A stretch of 64,000 bases of DNA from contig JAUFOQ010000001.1 in assembly GCA_040285855.1 (NCBI GenBank), positions 1,302,001 through 1,366,000 on the forward strand. The letters run 5' to 3'. Of this stretch, positions 13,108 through 24,337 are shown piece by piece. Source of the DNA: Eukaryota sp. GEM-RC1. Taxonomy: Eukaryota. The notes under the pieces were generated by a model. That model made no database searches, had not been told where the DNA came from, and saw nothing but the letters and a program-made list of their open reading frames with translations. A program made the position numbers and the translations under genes. The first letter of the stretch is position 1, and each line of letters begins with the position of its first letter.

Positions 13108-14460
13108 TTATTCAACGATTTCAAGTTCATGATCACTACAATATAACATAGCAAATGGATAATAATAACCACTATTTATCCTAGGAAGAGTTCCAGTAAG
13201 ATTAATTGAAAAATTACTCACAGATTTGATTGTTATAGTGTTATTAATTAGATTTGCATTGATTTCGAGTAATTCACCAGGATTCCATTGAGTTTTGTCT
13301 CCTGAGAGACAGCCATAACCGAAATTACTGTTGCGACAACCGTGCGCAACCTGATCACAACGAACATCAACTCTAAACTTTGCCTCGTCAATGACTCCAA
13401 CAAAAAGACTATGAGTAGTCCCCTGGTACCTCAACTTCCAAGTATAACCATTACCTGGAAGAAGTGGATCTTCTCCCGAAATATTTCTACGTCCATCATC
13501 ACCACCACTTCCATGAACTACTCTCTTTCCATCCCCACTAACTTGTAATTCAGAATGTTTCCTAGTTTGGGAGAACCTAAACTCATTGGTTTCAGTGTCA
13601 GAAGTCATACGAGAACGTCGTAATTGTGGAGCTACTTGATTCTCTGTAGTAGTTTTCTGTAAATCTTGAACTAATCGTTTTAATGTAGAATTTTCCTTCA
13701 CCAAAGAGTCCACACAACGATCATTAACTCTTCTATAACAAAACTTCATCAACTCCGTCTCCAATTCTTTTACATGTTTTAAAGGAACAAATAAAAACTC
13801 TTTCCATTGTTGTAAAGAGAGAGCTTCGACTGAACACGAATTTAAAATATTGGACACCTCATTCAAATCGAAATTTTGATTGAGGATTGAGCTCACCATT
13901 GATTTAATGAACCATGACAGTGATTCAGTAGAAGTGCAATATTTTACAAGAGTTTTAAACCCTTCAGTAGTGATTGCCATCACATCATCAATCAAAATGT
14001 CACCAATCTTAGAAAAGAAAGGACCAACAAATTCCAAAGCTCTCAAGTCATTTCTTTCATCTGCTTCTTCAATGAATGGTTTTAACCAAGCCCAGGTTAC
14101 GAGATGAGTGTTTAGGTGGTTTTCAAACTGGTCAATCAACTTGTTCACTTGGAAGTAGTGGATTAGATAGAAGAAGTGGTACGCATTACTGTCAGTGAGA
14201 GTGGATGGCTTTCCGTAGAAGGATCTAATGAACGAAAAGAAAGTGGCGGAACTCCCGGGAAGATGAGAGAAGTCAATGGGGTTATCATGTTTATCTCCAA
14301 ACTCCAAGAACCAGAGAGAGTGAAAGTAGGTAGAACTCACAGCAAGAACAGTTTTGTTCACTTCAATAGACTCTTCCCCAAAAGAAATGGTTTGGTCAGA
14401 GAACGAGGAGTCAGTAAGGATGCAGCTGAGAGTTTCTGCTGGTAGAAGGGAAAATGACAT
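13108..14460 (-). CDS. BTB/POZ domain - short coiled coil - SPRY/B30.2-like domain protein
   Basis: Intact ORF. BTB motif FSDQTISFGEESIEVNKTVLAVSSTYFHSLW...HYFQVNKL. The C-terminal beta-rich domain has SPRY-like motifs (L.VS.DG..V, YTWKLR, VGVID, LEINANL, YYPFA). The ATG at 14460 (MSFSL) is shared with the paralog at 34418; an upstream ATG at 14502 is possible. Confidence 0.85.
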   Translation of the reverse strand: MSFSLLPAETLSCILTDSSFSDQTISFGEESIEVNKTVLAVSSTYFHSLWFLEFGDKHDNPIDFSHLPGSSATFFSFIRSFYGKPSTLTDSNAYHFFYLIHYFQVNKLIDQFENHLNTHLVTWAWLKPFIEEADERNDLRALEFVGPFFSKIGDILIDDVMAITTEGFKTLVKYCTSTESLSWFIKSMVSSILNQNFDLNEVSNILNSCSVEALSLQQWKEFLFVPLKHVKELETELMKFCYRRVNDRCVDSLVKENSTLKRLVQDLQKTTTENQVAPQLRRSRMTSDTETNEFRFSQTRKHSELQVSGDGKRVVHGSGGDDGRRNISGEDPLLPGNGYTWKLRYQGTTHSLFVGVIDEAKFRVDVRCDQVAHGCRNSNFGYGCLSGDKTQWNPGELLEINANLINNTITIKSVSNFSINLTGTLPRINSGYYYPFAMLYCSDHELEIVE

Positions 14461-15514
14461 GTGAAGTTGGACCAAGACAAATCTGGTGGAAATGTAAGAC
14501 ATTGATTCCTAATAACTTCAACTGGTTCAAGCTTACCTGGCACCACAACCTGTCCACATTTGTCTTCAGTGGAGTTTGTGGTGTCAACTTCATCCTTGCA
14601 TGATACTAACACAGACCTTCTCCTTCACTGAATTTATTACTAGTCACAGAGTTTCAGACTAGTAATTGTATCAAATCTATCTCCAGAGCTGGGTTCTTCA
14701 AGTTTGCTTTCCGAATCCTGAACATGGTTGTACTTCTGTATCGTGAACTCTACTAGTACATTGTTCTTTCCACTCTCTTCTATTGCTTGTCACGTGTCCC
14801 ATGTCTGTGGGACTTCCATCTACATTCCCTGCACGTGTTCTACTTCTCGATCCTTGGATTATGATTACTCTTCTTTGTACTTTTCCGCCTTCTAGACTCT
14901 CTCACTTCTTGAAAAAAGGTCTTTTACTTCTTGTTTGTAATCTCCCATCAGGTTAGTTACCACTCAGCAATGGGAACTTGTGATTAGTGATCTCATTCAG
15001 ATTCTTCTTTGGCTTACATCTCCATACAAATGATGACGTGATTCAGTCAATCTCATGTTAAAGTTTTTGGTTATGTAATTAAGCTTTTCTTCACCAAATT
15101 AATTCTCAGAATTATTAAAAGGGTTGGGTAAATACACCACCTAGACCCATATGTACTTCAATGTTGTTGGTACCTATCTTCGTCAACATAATGGTGATGT
15201 TCCAATGTTGTGGTCGATCACGTCATCATCAATGATCACGTCATCATCACTACTTGAGTCATACTCCTGCCTGGGAGAGTTCTTGTTCAATAAACAAAGG
15301 ACACCGTCATTACAAGTGAATGTACAGTAGGTCTTCCATTATGTATGAAGAGCATCTGATGATGGTCGTTTTTCATTCTAAATAGCCCTTCAGCCTAACT
15401 GAATGGAGGTCCACAAACCTCCATTCAGTGTACTTTTTCCAGGTACTGAATAGATCCTTATTAAAAAGATCATGGTGAAAGAACCTTTATATATATTACA
15501 GGTTTTTTATATTC

Positions 15515-15780
15515 TTGAAGCGGCTGAAAATGGATAAAATACAAAGTACTGTCATTTAATTAACCAAATGAATGTTGACAGGTACAATTCTTTTGTGTTT
15601 CAACCGTTTGCGATGTCGATATACGGTAATGTTGGACCAGCTGCACAAGGTTTTTTAACTTCCTTTGGTAAATTGTGTTCTGAGTACGGTAAAGTTTTCA
15701 ATAAAAATTTTTGGTTGAGTAGGTTAACGTTTGCGCTGTTTCGTTCAATGCACAGATATTTAATTCAATGTTAAATAAGT
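15515..15780 (+). mobile_element. 3' remnant of an RLE-type non-LTR retrotransposon
   Basis: LEAAENG*NTKY...FVFQPFAMSIYGNVGPAAQGFL...WLSRLTFALFR, matching the AE..K..KY / F.PF....G pattern of RLE domains. Confidence 0.65.
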
Positions 15781-15947
15781 TGTTTGTTCGGTGATGGACA
15801 GAAGGATCATAGTTTAGATACTTTAGGTAGTGTCTGTTAGTTATCATTTTTTGCAAAAACATTTATTTGACTGATTGATCATAAACCCCGTTTTTTTACG
15901 AACGATGTTTTAATGAGGAGTTTATAAAAAAAGTAGTGATTTGAGAC

Positions 15948-16102
15948 TAGAGCTGTCAAACGGCTCGGATTAAGCCATAAGCCGATCTACTCGCAAGTCA
16001 TATCCAATTTTGGCTTGGTTTACTCAAATGGCTCAAGCCAAAGCCGAACCAGTTTGGAATTTTCCCAGCTAAACCATATGGCTCAAGCCGTTAACAGCTC
16101 TA
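15948..16102. mobile_element. hAT-type MITE, 155 bp
   Basis: Termini TAGAGCTGTCAAACGGCT ... AGCCGTTAACAGCTCTA (imperfect TIR). Flanks TTTGAGAC (15940-15947) and TTTGAGTC (16103-16110) give a 7/8 TSD match. Internal AAGCC/GGCT motifs are repeated. Confidence 0.8.
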
Positions 16103-16441
16103 TTTGAGTCCATACTTTTAAAATTAAAGTAAAATATGAAATTGAAGCGCCTCCACGTAATAGTGACCCCCACGCAATAGTGGCCGATTTTCGGATGAAG
16201 CTTATACAGAGAGGCCCCACCAAGTAATAGTAGCCACTGGTTATATAAATAATTTATATATAGATAAAGTGAAAATGATAGTTTATATACAATACACAAA
16301 ATGAACAAAACGAAAACAGGCAATAGAAAAAATAAGGTTTTGAGTAGACATTACGACCAAAAACACTACCAAACTCAACTCATAACGAGATACAACCTTC
16401 AATTTTCCAATGGGTGCAGTTATCAACTAGACTAAATGACT

Positions 16442-17797
16442 TTAAATGTCAGATCCCAGAAAATCATATTCAAACTCTTGTTCATCATCAGTAACACACT
16501 CAGTGCAATCATCATCTACCCAACTAATAGACAGTATTGAATCAAATCGCAAAAGATTGGAGGGGGACTTGATCTTAAAGGAAGGCTCACGGTTAATGCT
16601 GTCATCTGTATCGAGATCAGATTCAATCGATTGAAACACTGTAGGCAGCAAGCGATGAATACACGCAGAGGAACAATTGTGAACAGAATCGTGAGGAGAT
16701 AGAAGAGCTTTTCGTTGGTTTAGTATCTCCTGATCCCTTATAGTAACTGAACACTTGTAAGGACCGTGAAGAACAAAAGGATGTACCTTTAATTGTTCAG
16801 CAGTGATTCTTGTTTTGGGGTTCTTGTCCAGCATTGAAAGGAGAACATGTTGTAGGAGAGGATCAATGAATGGAGGGAAAGATATCTCATCGTGACAGAT
16901 TTTGCGATACAGTCTAAAGACTTGTTGATCATAGAAAGGAAGGCGTCCAAATACCAGGAAAAACAGCGTGACTCCAGCAGCCCAGATATCTGAGGATTTG
17001 GAAGCTCTAGCTACGTAACCAGACACTAGTTCAGGAGCAAGAAAAGCCGAAGAACCCGTCAATGCAGCATCACTTTGATAATTTGAAGTTACATCAATTG
17101 ATACACCAAAGTCAGAGAGCTTAATGTGGTCATCGGAAGTTAAAAGGAGATTGCTTGGTTTGACATCTCGATGGACAATGTTCACTTCATGAAGACAATC
17201 TAGGGCATTGACTAAATCACAGAAGTATCTCCAAGCAGTAGCAAGGACAAAGGGTTGACAAGTAAGAGAAGAATCTGAAACTAGAGCTCCATTTTTGACA
17301 TACTCTATTACAAGATATCTTCTGTTGCTTTCATCATCTTCAAATGTATCCAACAAACGAACAACATTTGGGTGATTCACCTTCTTCATTATGGATACTT
17401 CATTTTGGTTCATTTTGTCTAGTAATAGTGATTTTGAATACAGACTGTTCTTTGAAAACATGTTGTAGGATTTGAGAACTACTATTTTGTTGGTAAAACG
17501 GCATTTTACAAGGTCAACATTGGTACACGAAGACCTGGAGAGATTTCTTACAACGGAGAAATTCTGTACATGGGGTGTACGAGACTGACGGCTCGGAATT
17601 TGCGGCGGGTATGAATGTCTCCTTCTCTGTTCTTGTTCTAACTGTGGGAGTTGCTGTGGTGAAATTGGCTCCAAAAGAGTGCGGCGATGATGTCGTTCTG
17701 CTGATGTAGTCTGACAGGATGAAGGGACGTTAAGCAAGGGAAGCCCGCTCTTGACGAATGGACGTCGATTTTTCATAACTTTGTTGGTAATCAACAT
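16442..17797 (-). CDS. CAMKK-like Ser/Thr protein kinase, copy 1
   Basis: VVLK, alphaC NEVSIMKK, HPNVVRL, HRDVKPSNLLL, DFG, GSSAFLAPE, DIWAAGVTLF, GRLPF, LDKNPKTRIT. First ATG (MLITNK) at 17797. Confidence 0.9.
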   Translation of the reverse strand: MLITNKVMKNRRPFVKSGLPLLNVPSSCQTTSAERHHRRTLLEPISPQQLPQLEQEQRRRHSYPPQIPSRQSRTPHVQNFSVVRNLSRSSCTNVDLVKCRFTNKIVVLKSYNMFSKNSLYSKSLLLDKMNQNEVSIMKKVNHPNVVRLLDTFEDDESNRRYLVIEYVKNGALVSDSSLTCQPFVLATAWRYFCDLVNALDCLHEVNIVHRDVKPSNLLLTSDDHIKLSDFGVSIDVTSNYQSDAALTGSSAFLAPELVSGYVARASKSSDIWAAGVTLFFLVFGRLPFYDQQVFRLYRKICHDEISFPPFIDPLLQHVLLSMLDKNPKTRITAEQLKVHPFVLHGPYKCSVTIRDQEILNQRKALLSPHDSVHNCSSACIHRLLPTVFQSIESDLDTDDSINREPSFKIKSPSNLLRFDSILSISWVDDDCTECVTDDEQEFEYDFLGSDI

Positions 17798-18533
17798 AGG
17801 GTGAGTGAGAGTAACTGAATGAGCAATCACAATTACTTCATCAAATCAGTGGTGAATCTTAGTTTTCACCACCACTGCTCTGTCACAACACTCACACAAC
17901 TTGCGCTACACAACTTCTTTGATGTTCTTCCAACTTGTTCTTTTGCACTTGCAATTCTTGGAAGATCAATCACCGGTCGCTTTTTCTAAGTGATGTGCTT
18001 GTAGTTCATACATGTTCTCTCTAACAAGATTATCACCCTTCCAGCTTGGTACCATATCATTTCTTTCTCTCAGAGTCTAATCGTCAGAGCAAGTTTAAAG
18101 TGAATGAACTAACTAACCACACTGCAAACAATCCAAAACTTCATCTCTTCGGATGGGCTTGCTTCTGGTTATGTAAACCAGCAAAGAAGATCATTGACTG
18201 GAGAGTTCAGGAATTACTCTGTCATTTCCAGGATTTTTGACCTTTTGATTGATGAAGTGGTGTTACTAAATGCTGCTGTGTTTACACTGTACGTCTATAT
18301 AATACAACTGTCTACTTCTATTCATACGTTTCTGATCTGAATAATCAACGTCATCTACTATCGTTTTACAATCATGACCGTTAAATAAGATACCAAAATC
18401 CGATTCTTTATATAGAAATAAATAAATAAATAATGCAAAAACCTGGCCACGACAATATGGCTACAACTTAGTCAGTGGATCAAGCACAGAAAAGGCAAAC
18501 AAGTCAGTCAGTGAAGAACAAGTTTACACCGTG

Positions 18534-19898
18534 TCAAATGTCAAACCCTCGAAAGTGATGCTCGAAATCATTTTCATCATCAGTAATGAAAACCATACCG
18601 TCATCATCTATCCAACTAGCAGAAAAGGTGGAACCCAAACGAAGAAGATTGGCGGATGAACTTCTCTTAAAGGAATACCCACGATCAATACTATCATCTG
18701 AGTCTAAAACTGTTTGGTCAGACTCAAGGGACCGAAACACCGTAGGTAGCAAGCGATGTATACATGTAGATGAACAATTGTGAACAGAGTGATGTGTAGA
18801 GAGAAGGGACAGTCTTTGGTCAACCACATGTGTGTCCCTGATAGTAATTGAAGATTTGTAAGGACCGTGAAGAACAAAGGGATGTACCTTTAATTGTTCA
18901 GCAGTAATCCTTGTTTTGGGGTTCTTGTCCAACATGGAAAGGAGAACATGTTTCAGGAGAGGATCCATATACAGAGGGAAAGATATCTCATCGTGACAGA
19001 TTTTGCGATACAGTCTGAAGACTTGTTGATCATAGAAAGGAAGGCGTCCAAATACCAGGAAAAACAGCGTAATTCCCGCAGCCCAGATATCTGAGGATTT
19101 GGAAGCTCTAGCTACGTAACCAGACACTAGTTCAGGAGCAAGAAAACCGGAAGAACCCGTCAATGCAGCAGCACTTTGATATTTTGAAGTTACATCAATT
19201 GATACACCAAAATCAGAGAGCTTAATGTGGTCGTCGGCAGTTAAAAGGAGGTTGCTTGGTTTGATATCACGATGGACAATGTTCATCTCATGCAGATAGT
19301 CTAGAGCATTGACTAAATGACAGAAGTATCTCCACGCAGTAGCAAGGACAAAGGGTTGACAAGTAAGAGAAGAATCTGAAACCAAAGCTCCATTTTTGAC
19401 ATACTCAATGACAAGATACCTTCTGTTGTTTTCATGATCTTCAAATGTATCCAACAAACGAACAACATTTGGGTGATTCACCTTCTTCATTATGGATACT
19501 TCATTTTGGTTCATTTTATCAAGTAATAATGACTTTGAATACAAACTGTTCTTTGAAAGCATGTTGTATGATTTGAGAACCAATAATTTGTTGGTGAAAC
19601 GGCATTGTACAAGGTCAACATTGGTGTGTGATGAGCGGGATAAGTTTCTTATAATGCTGAAATTCCGGACATGAGGAGTACGAGATACATGGTGTGGAAT
19701 TGGCGGAGGCAAAGAGTGCCTCCTCTCCTGTTGTTGTTCTAACCGATGCAGAGATTGCTTTGGTGAAATTGGTTCCAAAAGAGTTCTACTGAGATGACGA
19801 TCTGTCACTGTAGTCTGCCATGACAGAGTGTCTAGTAAGGGCATGCCACTTTTGAAGAGCGTACGGCCGTTTTTCCCACCTTTGTTTGTAATCAGCAT
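18534..19898 (-). CDS. CAMKK-like Ser/Thr protein kinase, copy 2
   Basis: Same motifs (HRDIKPSN, DFG, FLAPE). ATG (MLITNK) at 19898. Close paralog of copy 1. Confidence 0.9.
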   Translation of the reverse strand: MLITNKGGKNGRTLFKSGMPLLDTLSWQTTVTDRHLSRTLLEPISPKQSLHRLEQQQERRHSLPPPIPHHVSRTPHVRNFSIIRNLSRSSHTNVDLVQCRFTNKLLVLKSYNMLSKNSLYSKSLLLDKMNQNEVSIMKKVNHPNVVRLLDTFEDHENNRRYLVIEYVKNGALVSDSSLTCQPFVLATAWRYFCHLVNALDYLHEMNIVHRDIKPSNLLLTADDHIKLSDFGVSIDVTSKYQSAAALTGSSGFLAPELVSGYVARASKSSDIWAAGITLFFLVFGRLPFYDQQVFRLYRKICHDEISFPLYMDPLLKHVLLSMLDKNPKTRITAEQLKVHPFVLHGPYKSSITIRDTHVVDQRLSLLSTHHSVHNCSSTCIHRLLPTVFRSLESDQTVLDSDDSIDRGYSFKRSSSANLLRLGSTFSASWIDDDGMVFITDDENDFEHHFRGFDI

Positions 19899-21567
19899 CA
19901 ATAGGTGGAAGTGAGTGATCAAATTCCCATTTTATCACAATCATACTTCTCCAATTAACTGATGAGCAATTGTCTTTATTTTCTACCACTAGCAGTGTCG
20001 CCTTCCTTCTAAAACATGATTCTAGAATACAAGTAGCAACATTCAAACAACTTCTTTGCTCTTCTTCCAAGTGTTTTATTGCATATAGTGTTTAGGATCA
20101 ATTGATAGGGCAACGGTGTTCGGATTTGCATAGGTTTGTTTCTGTCTCAAACATCTGCGTAATCCACACTTCTCACTTCCTTCAACCAGTATCAATTCTT
20201 ACTCTCTTTCTTTGAACCCCGCATATATCACCCGTTGGTGGAGAATCTGTTGCGGTTAACCAATCCGCACTGACTTGCCCACCTTCATGTACTAGGTCTC
20301 CCTCCATTTTGATGTCAAGTTAGAGATGATCAATCGTTTCTATCATCTACACTGTCTTGTTTAAAGTCCTTCAATTAATCTTGCTAGAACTCTTTCAAGA
20401 TTGAGTGACGGTAGTTTTTATCCATTCGCTTTCTTAAATCGTAGTAATCATGTACTTGAGGTGCTGAGTACAGTTTATAACGCTGTGTGTAAGTCTCAGA
20501 ATTGACGATTCCCCGGTCCTGCTTTCAAAATCGGCTTTTGAAGGTATCAAATAACCAACACATCAATACTATTAAGCATCAATTAGAACACTTTCTTTTG
20601 CTCATTCTTGTTATTTAAAAATTGTTAAGATGACCGTTGAATTTGTTCTTGACCTGTAGATTCACAAATTCTTACCATATTCAACGGATTTTAATACCTC
20701 AATAAAGCCACTGTTACAGTGACAATATTATGTATGGTAGATTTGGTCGTTGATGATATTGTTAAAGGTCTCCATAATGAGATTACGGAACAGTAGAATA
20801 AAATCGGAATAATACACAATACACTAAGACTCGAACGCAGTTTGACAAAGTGTTCTTTGCCCACACATGAGCTGCAAAAGTACTCTGTACTGTGGAGAGA
20901 CTCTTAATTCGTTTTCAAGAACTCATCCTATGGTTAAATTTGTCAATTCATTAAATTCAATTGTTTAAACGTTTTAGTAGAATGACTGTTTCCCAATTGT
21001 GGCGACTATCACACTACTGTGAGCGAAGTGAGTCTTACATTCGGTTCAAAGTTTAGCTAACTTTTGAATGGACGTTAACATAACAGAGGGTATTACTCTT
21101 ACACTCCCATGGTCACTCGTCTAAATTTACCATTGGTCTTAACTTATTACTTGTATACTGGTTTTATAAATACTAGGCCCACTTTTCCACTTTTGACACC
21201 TAAGACATCATCAGAAACTGACAGTTATCTTGTTTCACTGAGATTTTGCGGAGGTTTTGAGTGATTTCGACTCCAGGAAGACATATCTCGAAACGATTTG
21301 GTATAAAAGATTCAACTGTACTCATTGGTGCTGTGGACTGTTGAATCGATTTCAGTGTTATTTGTAGTAGATGATTAATGGTAGCTGTGATGATTTTATG
21401 TAAATATTTTTTGTACTGCAATAATCAGTTTATGTAAGTTTTCCCAAACACATGGAGTGGTTCATTCTTGAATAGGGCTTTAGAACCGTAACCACATCCG
21501 TAGCACGAACACCAATATCTCTGAACTAATCAACAGTAACAACTCTCAAATTAAATAAAGCATACTG

Positions 21568-22110
21568 TAGAGCTGGGCATTCGACTAGACTAGTCTACTG
21601 ACTACGGACTAGACTAAGCTTTTAGTCTAAATCGTAGTCTACTCACTTAGTCTTAGTCTAGTGCGTAGTCTGTTCATTAAGTCAGTAGTCTACTCTGTAT
21701 TCTGTTCATAATAAATAAGTGTAATCATTAGTGTACTATTTTTAACACAACGTCTGAACCTCCTGTCAAACTGCCCAGACTTTCTCTAGAACCCTTGTCT
21801 CCAAAACAGCGTTGGAACGGTCATTAATTCTATAAGCCAGCAGCAAGTGGCAACCAGAAGCACTGCATCCTTTGTGGTTTAACCATCCAGTGCTTGTTTG
21901 TTTAAAATCTGGGGCTGAAGGTGCCTTCGATGCTTCCAGTGTTTCAGTAGAATTTTAGTTTATTAATTCATGTTTGGACCAAACTATTTAGTCTACTATT
22001 TAGTATCTTTCTCTAGTCTAAGTCTAGTCCGTAGTCTGTTGGTGTAGTGTGTAGTCTAGTCCGTAGTCAGATATTTTAGTCTTATTCTAGTCAGTCTGTG
22101 CCCAGCTCTA
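21568..22110. mobile_element. hAT-type MITE, 543 bp
   Basis: Perfect 12-bp TIR TAGAGCTGGGCA / TGCCCAGCTCTA. Perfect 8-bp TSD GCATACTG (21560-21567 and 22111-22118). Dense TAGTC/GACTA subterminal repeats at both ends. Confidence 0.93.
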
Positions 22111-22218
22111 GCATACTGGTATCTGTAGCAGTTTAATTAATCGAATGTCTTCTCTCCAATTCAACTCATTCCAAGCACTGTAACACAACAAACGCAATAC
22201 ATCTACACCTCAATGACT

Positions 22219-23544
22219 CTAGACATCAAACAGAAATTCTTCGAACTCAGAATCATCATCCGTAATGATTGTCGTGTCATCATCTACCCAGCTAGGAGTC
22301 AACAAGGAATCCAAAGGTAGATCATGAGCTGACGATGATCTCTTTAGGGAAAATTCAGGATCACTACTACTAGTTTCATCCATGTCAAACACATTCTGAT
22401 CAGACCGAAACACCGTTGGTAACAATCGATGAATACAAGTTGTTGAACAATTGTGAGCAGAATCATGTGAAGACAGAAGACCCATTCTTAGGTTAACCAC
22501 CTCCTGATCCATTATAGTAACAGAAGACTTGTAAGGACCGTGGAGAACAAAGGGATGAGACATTAACTCCTCTGCAGTGATCCTTGTTTTGGGGTTCTTG
22601 TCCATCATGGAAAGGAAAACATGTTTCAGGAGAGGATCAATGAATGGAGGGAAAGAGACGTCATCGTGACAGATTTTTTCGATACAGGCTGAACACTTGT
22701 TCATCATAGAAAGGAAGGCGTCCAAATATCAGATAAAACAGCGTGACTCCAGCAGCCCAGATATCTGAGGATTTGGAAGCTCTAGCTACGTAACCAGACA
22801 CTAGTTCAGGAGCAAGAAACGCTGAAGAACCCGTCAATGCAGCAGCACTTTGATTGTTTGAAGCCATATCAATAGACACACCAAAATCTGACAGCTTAAT
22901 GTGGTCGTCGGCAGTTAACAGAAGATTGCTTGGTTTGACATCTCGATGGACAATGTTCATCTCATGTAGATAGTCTAGAGCATTGACTAAATCACAGAAG
23001 TACTTCCAGGCAGATGAGATGACAAGGGGTTTACAGGTGAGGAATGAGTCTGAAACCAAGGCCCCTCCATGAACATACTCTAGCACAAGATACCTTCTAT
23101 TGGTTTCCTTGTCATCAAATGTGTCCAGCAAACGCACAACATTTGAGTGATTCACTTTTCCATTATAGATACTTCATTTTGGTTCATTTTGTCCAGTAAG
23201 AGCGACTTTGAATACAAACAGTTGTTGGAGAACATGTTGTAGGATTTGAGAACCAACATTTTGCTGGTAAAACGGCATCGTACAAGATCAACAGTGGTAC
23301 ATGGGGATCGAGACAAATTCTTTATCACAGTGAAATTTAGTACATTCAGTGGACGCGACAAAGACGGTGGAATTCGTGGATGTATTGGGAACCTTCTAAT
23401 GTGTTGATCTTCAACGAGTGGAATTCGCGTTGGCGAAATTGGTTTCAAGACTACACGTCGAGAACGGGGTTCAGGCAATGTACTGTGACGGATATTGACG
23501 TTTGGTGAGGTCAGTAGTCCTATGTTAAAGATAAGACGAGACAT
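22219..23544 (-). pseudogene. CAMKK-like kinase, copy 3, with two frameshifts (pseudogene or assembly indels)
   Basis: ORFs 23152-23544, 22661-23155 and 22219-22725 together give a full paralog. Relative to copies 1 and 2 there is a 1-bp deletion near 23157 and a 1-bp gain in a T-run near 22675. Confidence 0.85.
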
Positions 23545-24337
23545 CTCCTGGCTAATTAATCAGTAATGACAGAACAATCTTTTCATCAGCTTTCCAATTT
23601 CTCAAACGGCATGCCAACATCAACATTCTGGTGACATCAAGACAGTCAATGTTGGGGTATCCCAACCCTTCATCATTTAGACGTCTTCTCCTCCGAAACT
23701 TGACCTAATGAAGCTGCTCTCATTTTCTTCTGTAATTTCAACCTATATTCTCCCACATATGTACCACAAACTAACCGAATCCAAATTTCGGCTCTTCTGC
23801 CTTCTCCGTGACAGTCTACACACAACGCAAAACGGAGACTGATCTTCTCTCGATTGACTCAACAAACTGCAGCCCTTGAAGAATCTGATGGCGTCTAGTT
23901 CCTTACGTTCCTTTGTGTTTGTTACCGTACTAAGAAAATTACACTTCTAACTTGTGTCCTCTACATGCTCATGGAGGGATGTGACGAGACAGTTCCCTGC
24001 TGTGAAGCCACCTGTTTTGAAGGTTGTCAAGCGTTACACTCTTTTCAGAATGAACTGAGGAACCCAATCTACTTTCCAGTGACATCTCTATGACCAAATT
24101 GCGTTTGAATGTGATATCAGCAACCAGAGAACGATTCCTGTCAAAGATAGGCGATCATCTCTCCCTCATTAATAATGTCCTATACTATGATAAACCAATT
24201 TTGTTTAAAATATTTACATAAAGTTCAATCCTCAGTTGTGTGAGTGATTGATTATTCGAATCAATTTAAACCCATCTATCCAAGTTAACCCCAGTACACT
24301 GAAACAATAAAATGCAGTGCATATCTAGAAATAGGAA

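Noticed and set aside
15217..15250. ATCACGTCATCATCA direct repeat x2; also CTAG-rich run at 49786-49820 and short repeats at 54755-54835
   Set aside because: Simple local slippage or low complexity without further structure.
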